Source of the DNA: a virus
Taxonomy: Duplodnaviria > Caudoviricetes
Direction: 5' to 3' (one strand)
DNA: 44,665 nt
Virus record (IMG/VR): IMGVR_UViG_3300016670_000033
Location: 1 to 44,665 of that record
A model generated the notes under the pieces. It saw only the letters and a program-made list of their open reading frames with translations. It had not been told where the DNA came from and did no database searches. The position numbers were made by a program, and so were the translations under genes. Numbering within the stretch: the first letter of the stretch is position 1; each line of letters opens with the position of its first letter. Shown one piece after another: positions 8,001-15,959 of the stretch.

Positions 8001-11000
8001 TCCCATGCCGGACCAAGCCGAGCAGCCATAAGGTTCTCAGCATTGACTGCCCAAAACTCTGATGGGCTTACAAACTGATAGAAGTCTCGTCCCGGGAGGA
8101 GTTTGATGGCTTCAGCCTTGTTCTTCTCTGTTGGGCTGTCCATAAACTTTTGGACCGCATCAAAGAACTTTTGGAATTTCTCCCGATCTTTTGCGTCCGG
8201 CGCCAGGTGCTTGCGCATGGCCTTCTTGATTGCAGCGGCCCACGCATCAACCAGAGCGATCTGCTGGTCCGGAGTCATCATCTGCTCAAGAGCGTGAGCC
8301 AGCTCGTGCCTGAAGGTTCCGGGGTTCTCAATCCCGGACGTTCCCTTGTAGAGAGAAATGATCCGATTAAAGGAGTCAAAGCTTCCGGCTGCGCCGCGTT
8401 CACCCTTGAGCGCCTTTACTGAAAGCAGCAGACCCTCCAAAAGATTGGGAGCCTTGAGGTATGCGGTCTGAATAACAGCCAAGACTTCTTCGCTAATGTT
8501 GCCCTTGTCAAACTCCTGCAGGGCTTTTGCCAAGAACGCTTCGGCGCTGTCTCTTCTTTCGGCAGATGCATCAATGGCCTCTTTGTATTGCCTAGAAAGA
8601 TCATCAATTAAGGTCAACTCTCTCTGAAGACCAATGGAGGACTGGCCCTTCTTGATCTTTTGAACGATCCCCTCTCGACGGCGGCGCAGACCAGCGTACT
8701 TGCGGATCACTTCCTCGCGGATCTCTTGAAGCCTGCCCTTGTCTTTGGCGGTGCGGATCTGATCGATTGTTGGCGCTGTGTCTACGTTGTAGAGGAACTC
8801 TTGCTTGGATCCGAACACCGGGTTCTTGGCAAGAATCATGTTGCCAATCTGAATAACCTCACTTGCCCCAATGATCGGCATGGTAGTGCGCCGATCAAAG
8901 AAGTAGGCGTGCCGAGTTGGGTCTACTCCAACCTGAACATACGAAGGATCTTTAATCGCCCTCTTGGCATCCTCATACGCCTTCTCAGGAGTGATGTTGA
9001 CGTACTTCCCCTCCATCGTCTGGAGGACGTCCTTGGCTTCACCGGTGGCAATGTCCAGACCTTTCTTTTGATTGCCAGGCGCAAATGTCACGTCAGTTAT
9101 TTTGGCGACAGACCCATAGCCAATGACTTTTCCAACCGTAGATGGAGTGCGCTCCTGATGAATGGATACAACAAAAACGCCCTTACGATTGAACGCAGGG
9201 ATGTCAAGCCTCAAGCCAACGGGGGTTCCGTTTGGAATGTCCGGGTTAACCTTGTCTCTCTTGTTTTTATCTAGAGCATCAATGACCGCAGCGTCAGACG
9301 CTGGCCGCATAGGCTCATCATAGACAGGGATTGGTCTGTACTTGTTGACCAGAGCGTCATACTCAATGGCCGACATCTCTCCAGACTTAACCTTCCTAGC
9401 CGCCTCGGCAAGCTCAGCGCTTCTGCCGGGTGGGAGTTTCTTTGAAGAGACAACAGCGGGAGGGGCAGTATTTGAAGGCTCATCCGCAAACAGGTCAAGG
9501 CTGAAAAAGAGTTTTCCTGGCGGCTCTTTTTCTTTCAAAAGCTTCCTGACAAGATCGAGGTCATTGTCAAAGTAAGCGTCTTGAATTTTGCTTCTGATTT
9601 CCTCTTCTTCTCCAGCGCCTCTAAACTCTTCCGCGCTGATGCCGTGAAACTCACGAGACAGCCTCTCCTCTTGGGTCATGTTGACCGGGTTGTTGGCCGA
9701 GAAAAACGAGTAAGCAAAACCCTCGGGGGTCAACGATCTTTCGTATTTATTCCCAGAGCTAATTTTGATTATCTTCGAGCCCTCTGTTGGCTCAACAGGA
9801 GCTTGTGGAAGCTTGTTGTTAAAGTTGCCCCACAGCAAGGTTTTCTTGGTATATGGGTCGCCGTACAAGTTTGGCTGGAATGTCAGCTGAGCGGGCGGCA
9901 AGTTGTTTACTTTTGCTATTCGGCCAACGGGATTTTCCATGGCCCATACAGCTGGACGGAGAAGCTCAACGGTCCTCAATACCTGTCGAACCAGCTCGTT
10001 GCTTATGTCCGTTCTGCCGTCAGCATCTTTGCTCTTCCAGTATTGAGCCCCAGAAGACGCATAGTCCGTGCAAGGCGGCGCAGCAAGAACTGCCCAAACA
10101 TTGTCGTTGCCATGTTCCTCCAACAACATCTGCGCATCAAATTCTTTGATGTCTTGCCCTGTCTGCAGGTCGTAAGTCACTACATTAAACCCGGCTTCCG
10201 CCCATGGTTTAGACCACTCGCCAGAGGCATCAAACAAACTAATTACCGTTTTGTTTGAATTTATTCCCGTTTGCCCTTGTCTCTCAGCCTCTTTTTTCCA
10301 CTCGTCCACAACCTCTTTTGCCTCGTTCAAAGGCAAGAATTGTGTAGCGGTTGGCTTGGCCGGAGCTTGCTTTGTATTGAATAACTCTTTAAGAACAGGA
10401 TCCTCTGCCTCTACTTCTTTTAGGGCTTTCGCAAAGTCTTTTTCATCTGCCTCGATAAGCAGCACATCACCTTCTGTTGGCTCCCCTTGCGCAGCCTCTT
10501 CGATTGGAGTCGGCTCTGCAGGCGCTGCTTTACGGGCAGGCTGCTCTGCCATACCAGCCGCACCAAACATGTCGCCAGAAACCTGTGTCGGAGGAGGGGC
10601 TGCTGGGCTAGGCTGAAGTGCAAACACCTCACGCTCTAAATCCGCTGCACGCTTTCTCTCCGATGCTTCACGCTCTTTGGCTGCTTCGCCAGACTTTTCC
10701 TTGCGCTCGAGCTCGGCTAGCTCTTCTGGAGTTTGGCCACGTAAGCCTAGCTCCAGTTCTTGCTCTTTCTTTCCAGGCGGCTCTTGAGATCTAGGAGCAC
10801 CTCTTTCCTCTGCTTCAATGGCAGCTGCCTCAGCTTCTGTAGCAAGTTCTGCCTCTTCTCTTGCAACTGCTTGGAGTTCTCTGTTGACATCTATCAACCT
10901 CAATATTTGTTCGGCCTCTTGAATATCAAATTCAATCTCTCTGAGGGCGAGTTGGGTTTCGTAGGGGATGTTGTTTCCTGCTCGGAGCTGCTCTTTGATG

Positions 11001-13525
11001 TACTCAACAGATTCCTGCTCATCAAAAGTCGGGACATCAGACCGCATGTCAAACGGCAAAAACTCATCTAGCTCACCGTTTAAAACAATCTCATCCAGTG
11101 AGTCTGGCTTTCCTTTGGAGGCTGCCCTTCTAAGGGTGCGAAACTTAAATTCAGAACCAATGTCAATCGACTCTGATTTGCTAAGCCTGCCACGCAATAC
11201 GCCAAGAAGGTTTCCTCCTGGACTTTTTTGAAGTGCTCGCCTACGCGCATCAAGAGCCTCGATCTCAGCATCCTCTTCAGTCGGCTGAGGTCCTACGCCA
11301 GCAGGGATCTGGTCCTCTTCAAGTTTCTTTGCCCTTGGTTTTTTGGCGGGGGCGGCGGGCTGTCCAGTTAAATTAGTTGGCTCTGGTTTTTTTGTAAACA
11401 ACTCAACAATAGGGTTGCCAATGTGCGTATTGGACATCCCATCATCGGTATAAAGTTTTTCAACTGGAGCCAAGCCAACAGCTGGGTTTCTTTGAGCCTT
11501 GTATAAGCCAACAATTTCCTGTTTGTTTTTATTGACTACAGCTACCACTGTCTCTGCATTTTTAGGAAGCTGAGAAAGATCAGAAATAGGTTTAAACCTG
11601 TCACCAGCTATGTACCCAAGCTGAATGCTAGCGCTGCCCTCTTCAAGAGCCCCGGCCTGTTTGTCCGCCATAATGCTTTGGGAATCTTCCGGAGACACAT
11701 AAAGAACAGAGTGAGGGGCATAAGTTGTTCCTTGTCCCCTGCCGGCAGACACTTTGGTCCGAGATGTTTTGCCCAGTTCGCCAATCTCATAGGTACTGCC
11801 CTTTGCTGTCTTAAATCCAATAATTTGACCCTCTTCTGGGGTTGGCTGAGTAGGCTGTGCAGGGAGTACTGTTTCAATAGGTTGCGTTGGAGGCGGAGTA
11901 ACTGCAGGCTTTTCGTCTGTAGGCTGAACAAGTTCTGCGGCGGGGGGAGTTGTTTTAACGGACCGTGTTGGAGGTGGAGCGGCTTCGGGCTTTTCGTCTA
12001 TATCTAACGTAAGCCCCTCAAACGCCGACTCTGGAGCAGGCGCAACAGGTGGAGCCGGAGGTGGCGCAACAGGTGAAGAGGGTGGTGCAGGGGGTTGCGT
12101 TGGCGGAGCAAGGGTAGGCTCAATACGAACAGGACGGGCAGCAGGAGGAGCGGCTGGGGGAGCAGTCGGTGGCGCCGGAGGAGTGGGTCTAGCATCCTCA
12201 ATCTCTCTTGCCTCTCTTAGTGCAGACGCTGCCTCAAGCGGAGCGGTTGCTGCGCCGGCCAATGCTTCGAGCACAACATCTGCCGGACGGTCTTCGCCTG
12301 TAGCCTTTTGTGCCAACAACTCACCACCAGCACCGCCTGCAGTCTGAACCGCAAGCTCTTTGCCCCAGGCTGCAATCGTGGCTCTTTTTGCAGCATTGCC
12401 AGACAATTTTCCAGCGCTAATTAAGTCATTTACCGGCTTGAGGAACTTGCCTGCCAATCCCATAGTCAAGGCATCAAATCCGCCAACGATCAGGCCGCGC
12501 TTAGCGCCCTTGTCCTTGATCTCGTCCATGATCTTGGGATTGCGCAAGGCCTTGTCCACAGCGAATGCGTTGGACAGATCGACACCCTTTTCTTGCAGGA
12601 CGTCAGCCATGACGGATCCGTACTCGAGGCCGGCAGACCCAACAAACGCGGCAGCGCCAGCAGCAAGGGGTCCAGCCGGAGCAAGAGCAAGAGATGGGGC
12701 TATCAATGGAACAGATGTTGCAACAGAGTCTACTAACATTGTGAAAGTGGCTCTTGGATTTTTGAACATCTCAGAGATCACATCACCATACGTCTCTGCA
12801 GATCCAATCTTCTGCATCCCTTCTTGGATGGCCATAGACGGAGCGGCAGCACTTCTTCGGCGTGCGTTTTCTTTGAGAGACAGGGCAGCGTCTATAGGAT
12901 CGATCGCGCCACTTTGCATCAAGAATGACGTCGCAACATCTCTATAGTTTGCGGCAGCACGCTTGCCAACATTTCCAAACGCTTCAGCCGTCCACTTCGC
13001 TGGGTCCTGAGCAAAGTCTGTTTCAGGAACGCCCTTTAGCTCACCAGACTTAGCAATCCGGCCCCTGACCTGTTCTGGCGTGTACTCCTCAAGAACCTTT
13101 GGAACAAACATCCCACGTCTTTTAGCTTCAGCGGAGATGTCTTCCCACTTAACGGACGAGAAAGCCCGTTTGACCTGAGTCTCTGGCACGCCCTCTTGCA
13201 AGTAATTGACCGCATCGACCACCGCGTCCCGGTAGGTCATCGGCTTCTCTGACGCAGGAGGCGCAGGAGGTGTAACAGGAGGTGCCGTAAATGGCTTTGC
13301 CCCCAAGACCAGGGCAGCTTCAGGATTAATGATCTCCTCTGGAGACATGATCGTCTGATCAAATGTCTCTACAGGAGATGGCGCAGCAGCCCGAAACCCA
13401 AGAGCAGAAAATACCTGGTCTTTAGGGAGGTCCGAATAAAACTTTCCGTGAATTGCGTTAGCTAACTCTTGATCGTTTAGATCGTCGTACTGAGGGTAAC
13501 GCTTTCTAAACTCTTGAAGGGTCAT
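4988..13525 (-). CDS. giant polyvalent virion/ejection protein (C5 DNA methyltransferase-like, HExxH zincin, LPD38-like C-terminus)
   Basis: 2845 aa at the end of the structural operon; SLFDASG...AAPPC...WAMENPVG (about 9690-10255); FRHELAH (8294-8308) with downstream EFWA; C-terminal IEIALNRNFWSG...SPIEMDHLVRGMFG. Confidence 0.85.
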   Translation of the reverse strand: MTLQEFRKRYPQYDDLNDQELANAIHGKFYSDLPKDQVFSALGFRAAAPSPVETFDQTIMSPEEIINPEAALVLGAKPFTAPPVTPPAPPASEKPMTYRDAVVDAVNYLQEGVPETQVKRAFSSVKWEDISAEAKRRGMFVPKVLEEYTPEQVRGRIAKSGELKGVPETDFAQDPAKWTAEAFGNVGKRAAANYRDVATSFLMQSGAIDPIDAALSLKENARRRSAAAPSMAIQEGMQKIGSAETYGDVISEMFKNPRATFTMLVDSVATSVPLIAPSLALAPAGPLAAGAAAFVGSAGLEYGSVMADVLQEKGVDLSNAFAVDKALRNPKIMDEIKDKGAKRGLIVGGFDALTMGLAGKFLKPVNDLISAGKLSGNAAKRATIAAWGKELAVQTAGGAGGELLAQKATGEDRPADVVLEALAGAATAPLEAASALREAREIEDARPTPPAPPTAPPAAPPAARPVRIEPTLAPPTQPPAPPSSPVAPPPAPPVAPAPESAFEGLTLDIDEKPEAAPPPTRSVKTTPPAAELVQPTDEKPAVTPPPTQPIETVLPAQPTQPTPEEGQIIGFKTAKGSTYEIGELGKTSRTKVSAGRGQGTTYAPHSVLYVSPEDSQSIMADKQAGALEEGSASIQLGYIAGDRFKPISDLSQLPKNAETVVAVVNKNKQEIVGLYKAQRNPAVGLAPVEKLYTDDGMSNTHIGNPIVELFTKKPEPTNLTGQPAAPAKKPRAKKLEEDQIPAGVGPQPTEEDAEIEALDARRRALQKSPGGNLLGVLRGRLSKSESIDIGSEFKFRTLRRAASKGKPDSLDEIVLNGELDEFLPFDMRSDVPTFDEQESVEYIKEQLRAGNNIPYETQLALREIEFDIQEAEQILRLIDVNRELQAVAREEAELATEAEAAAIEAEERGAPRSQEPPGKKEQELELGLRGQTPEELAELERKEKSGEAAKEREASERKRAADLEREVFALQPSPAAPPPTQVSGDMFGAAGMAEQPARKAAPAEPTPIEEAAQGEPTEGDVLLIEADEKDFAKALKEVEAEDPVLKELFNTKQAPAKPTATQFLPLNEAKEVVDEWKKEAERQGQTGINSNKTVISLFDASGEWSKPWAEAGFNVVTYDLQTGQDIKEFDAQMLLEEHGNDNVWAVLAAPPCTDYASSGAQYWKSKDADGRTDISNELVRQVLRTVELLRPAVWAMENPVGRIAKVNNLPPAQLTFQPNLYGDPYTKKTLLWGNFNNKLPQAPVEPTEGSKIIKISSGNKYERSLTPEGFAYSFFSANNPVNMTQEERLSREFHGISAEEFRGAGEEEEIRSKIQDAYFDNDLDLVRKLLKEKEPPGKLFFSLDLFADEPSNTAPPAVVSSKKLPPGRSAELAEAARKVKSGEMSAIEYDALVNKYRPIPVYDEPMRPASDAAVIDALDKNKRDKVNPDIPNGTPVGLRLDIPAFNRKGVFVVSIHQERTPSTVGKVIGYGSVAKITDVTFAPGNQKKGLDIATGEAKDVLQTMEGKYVNITPEKAYEDAKRAIKDPSYVQVGVDPTRHAYFFDRRTTMPIIGASEVIQIGNMILAKNPVFGSKQEFLYNVDTAPTIDQIRTAKDKGRLQEIREEVIRKYAGLRRRREGIVQKIKKGQSSIGLQRELTLIDDLSRQYKEAIDASAERRDSAEAFLAKALQEFDKGNISEEVLAVIQTAYLKAPNLLEGLLLSVKALKGERGAAGSFDSFNRIISLYKGTSGIENPGTFRHELAHALEQMMTPDQQIALVDAWAAAIKKAMRKHLAPDAKDREKFQKFFDAVQKFMDSPTEKNKAEAIKLLPGRDFYQFVSPSEFWAVNAENLMAARLGPAWERFKSAIRRMFEGLKKVFGFDNRYDVHRIFKDVAYGNRDRTDYSMVDDMILDGTYEKRILNALPDDVDDYMTRNDRPDTPFETSTPVKDAMLGAAQASAEAAKNAVTNPVGTASNLIGSVDRQLTKTQIDYVWFGSGLDAADFSRYNGQLRDGRRKVAASVYATMAMHAGHVGTQVILRGKLIFNANTQLFQAVDDQYSLANIVRLKAEIIEMLGEQRAANLVNTYFEAKRARSIQDEYQKSEADYQNAITPEAKQDMWEQVEQVIRAYDKIPPSFLKKDMAGNILEVTVTGPKGEKRKIAVIDDVAIDDAIAFEQQVPQLADMMTNWTAVNRNTLDMMRFAGILSKDRHQRLKAIKDYVPWYRVMDDAMDIHEPTGGMVRGLSNVPRERRFGKGRTELVVDDIVDNMLHNVLLLTKNVMRNYANNRIIEDYAARDANGRIKVAPREGPLPNGSVGVKALINGRRVTVEITDPLVAAASIGMENLDLPVNGIIAAFENIFRRGITVDPFFQMAQVLKDAPTAAWVTGVRNPAALIGGVFQSFLMSLTPNDPIVEKLKSYGIGGFQSLARSPERQLKIEIGLINQNAFSRILNLLDKIGDASDFAQRRATYNTVLKETGDETQALLQANNIIDFLKRGASREAQWLTRNVAFMNAYAQSINVLAQALAGGGLKGMSRKKALVRMAKTGGLLAASVIGYSMIVAGSDEYEELDDQTRLRNLVIPGSKAMFGETILIPMNTSAAFIFKAIPEMIYNTVIREGTATEVDATRLKTALKEAALDSLLGPTPAPSALKPAIEIALNRNFWSGSTVIPRNLENVEAAEQYNASTSEAAKVLSGLTSVGDKRLLSPIEMDHLVRGMFGTAGYLTMFASNMFAEDRVDPRLRDLPGMGRFFAGPVGRKQEDLYYDLKDRTEKKYNTLMKKVERSKLEDVDRILEENADILMAHDYVKEVDSEFKEINALIRQIGENKDYGGTSKQKREEITDLQKLKAEILDDIESWRKDAGL

Positions 13526-14832
13526 TTCCGAATTCCAAGCGGATCATTAGAGTTGGCAGGTAAGCTACCACTAGGGCTTCTGCTTGCTTCTTTCTCAATC
13601 CATCTGTCTTTAATGCTTTCAGCTTCAGCACGCTTTGCAGCGGCTGCATTTTTATCTGTAGCTTCTAGTCTTCTTGCCTCGCTCATGGCCTGATTGTATC
13701 GACGCTTATCTGGGTCCGTAAGTTTCAAATCATTCCATTCTTGTCGAGCAACGGTTACAGGGGTTCTCTCTTCTCGCGCCCCAGCGGTTTTTGCCTGTTC
13801 TGCTGCGGCTTGAGCAGAAACTCCTCTTGGTCCAAGGGCAGCAGAAAGCTCAATGTATCTTTCACCTGCAGCGGCCCGTATTTGCGCCTCTTCAGAGGGG
13901 CTTAGCTCCCTGCCCTTTGTTCTTGCCTGTGCCCTAGCATTGTCTACTGCATTGTCCACAAAGATGCTCATGTTTGTGCCGCGAGTAGCCTGAATCTGGG
14001 CAACCTCTTTTTGGCCAGCAAGTCGCGCAGCTTCTCTCTCGTCGGCAGTCTGAGCCTCATATGCTTTGTTAAGAGCAGCGAGCTTTTCTGCCCTTGAGCG
14101 ACCAGCAAGCCCTGCTAGCCCTTTGGCAACCTCGAGCTCATCTGCTTCTTGCCTGGCTTTAGCAGCCTGGTACTGCCCGAACGCCTGCTTTCCAGACTCT
14201 CCGGCTGCTCCAAAAAAGTATGGGTTGTTTGTGCCCAGCATTCCAAGTCCAAACTGAAGGAGCGCTTCATTTGCAATGTTACTTCGGCTCCCTTCAAGAG
14301 CAGCCTGTCGTTTCAGAAGGGCTTGGCGATATAGCTTGGCTTCTTCGTCTTCTCCGCCAAACTCCTTTTGAAGACCATAAAACTCTTCATAGCGATTGCG
14401 AAGACTACGAGGCCCGCCTCTGACGCCAAAGGCTGATGCGCTTAAACCAACATCTTCTTCAAATCCTGGGTATCCCATTACAAGGCCTTGGTTCTGATAC
14501 CTAGGAACATCCCCGCCACCAGCCATAGCCACAATACCGCCGCTAGCCATGCCTTGGAACATTTGAGGGTTAGTGGGCACCGCTGGCAACCCGGCCGGGG
14601 CTTGTGGGGCCATCTGCTCTTGAAACACTGAGCCCTGTGATGGAGGCTGAACGTTTGCAGCAACAATGCGATCAATTGCCATCTTGGCCATCAGGGCTTT
14701 GGTAGGATCAATCTTTCCCTGAGCAGCGTCCATTTTTAGCTTGTTCAGGTTTGTGCCATAGCGAGTAATTAGTTCGCCGACCGACGGATCAGTGGCCTTG
14801 TCTAGTCTACGCTCAAGATCAGCAATGCTCAT
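13522..14832 (-). CDS. putative ejection (internal virion) protein
   Basis: Helical Ala/Gln/Glu-rich protein with ALLQFGLGML segment, C-terminal NDPLGIRK; lies between the pilot-like and giant genes. Confidence 0.65.
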   Translation of the reverse strand: MSIADLERRLDKATDPSVGELITRYGTNLNKLKMDAAQGKIDPTKALMAKMAIDRIVAANVQPPSQGSVFQEQMAPQAPAGLPAVPTNPQMFQGMASGGIVAMAGGGDVPRYQNQGLVMGYPGFEEDVGLSASAFGVRGGPRSLRNRYEEFYGLQKEFGGEDEEAKLYRQALLKRQAALEGSRSNIANEALLQFGLGMLGTNNPYFFGAAGESGKQAFGQYQAAKARQEADELEVAKGLAGLAGRSRAEKLAALNKAYEAQTADEREAARLAGQKEVAQIQATRGTNMSIFVDNAVDNARAQARTKGRELSPSEEAQIRAAAGERYIELSAALGPRGVSAQAAAEQAKTAGAREERTPVTVARQEWNDLKLTDPDKRRYNQAMSEARRLEATDKNAAAAKRAEAESIKDRWIEKEASRSPSGSLPANSNDPLGIRK

Positions 14833-15950
14833 TACTTGCCTCCACCCAACATGTTATACAGGCTCAGACCCGACAAACCAAGGCCGGTCAATTGAGATGC
14901 GAATGACGGGGGCGGTGCGGTCGTTGTCTGCGTAGAGGACGAAAGCGGGATACCACGAAGAAGACTCGACAGATTCCCAAGCTGGGTCTGACCAAACTCT
15001 GCCTGCTGCATAAGAGCATTGCGCTGGGCGTCCATGGCCTGCTGAGCAACTCCGCGCTCCAGGTCTCCATAAGCACCTGTAACTTTGAGTCGATCCAGAT
15101 CTGCGGCCTGCTGAGTCGTTCCAAGCGCACCAAACGTAGAGGCTAGACTTCCGAGTCCTGAGAGGGCTGCTTGTCTTTGTTGCGCAGCCTGGAGACCCGC
15201 TGCTTGATTGAGTCTTTGAGCTTCAAGAGCTTGCTGAGCGCCTGTTGTTTGAACTCCAAGAGCCGCTTGAAGATTTGTTTGGTTTGCAGCCGCTTGCGCT
15301 GCACGATCTCTTTCAAATTGTTGCTGAGCATTTAGATATGCCTCCTGTAATCCCTTGGCTTGAATATCGGCAAGCTGCCCACGAAGCCCCGACTCACGCT
15401 CACCCTGCAAAATAGCTTGACGAGCACCGCCATAAGTACCTTGACGAGCTGCTGCTAAGTTAGTCCCAAGTTGGGCTTTTCGTGCCGCTTCAATAGCACC
15501 CCGCTGCTGCGCATCAATAACAGCCGATTGATAAGGCGACATGTACGCCTGAGCTTCTTGTGACGTAAATTGACGTGTCGGCCCAAGCTGGAATGTAGTG
15601 AGATCCGGTGCGGCAACGCCCTGAGCCTGAAGTCCGGCAAGTCCTTGAAGGCCAGCAGCTGCCTGTTGAGCAACGTCAGTTCCATACTGAAACTGAGTGG
15701 GGGTTCCCATCGTTGCAAGCTCTTGCCCAACCGCTTGTTGGTATGGGGATAGCGGAGCGACCGACCCAGCGCCCATCAGCCCTTGACCAATTACATCCCC
15801 ATAAACGTCACCAAACCCCTTGGTAAATAACTCAAATCCCTTGGGGATAATCGCTGATCCAAAGCCTGAGGCAAGACCTGTACCTGTGTAAAACGGTAGT
15901 AGGTCCTTTGGGATTTCTGATTGTATTGCTACTTGTCCGACTTGTGCCAT
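14832..15950 (-). CDS. putative DNA pilot/ejection protein
   Basis: Gln/Ala/Gly-rich; AYMSPYQSAVID and GTYGGARQA motifs; hydrophobic Gly-rich C-terminus. Confidence 0.7.
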   Translation of the reverse strand: MAQVGQVAIQSEIPKDLLPFYTGTGLASGFGSAIIPKGFELFTKGFGDVYGDVIGQGLMGAGSVAPLSPYQQAVGQELATMGTPTQFQYGTDVAQQAAAGLQGLAGLQAQGVAAPDLTTFQLGPTRQFTSQEAQAYMSPYQSAVIDAQQRGAIEAARKAQLGTNLAAARQGTYGGARQAILQGERESGLRGQLADIQAKGLQEAYLNAQQQFERDRAAQAAANQTNLQAALGVQTTGAQQALEAQRLNQAAGLQAAQQRQAALSGLGSLASTFGALGTTQQAADLDRLKVTGAYGDLERGVAQQAMDAQRNALMQQAEFGQTQLGNLSSLLRGIPLSSSTQTTTAPPPSFASQLTGLGLSGLSLYNMLGGGK

Positions 15951-15959
15951 GACATTTCC

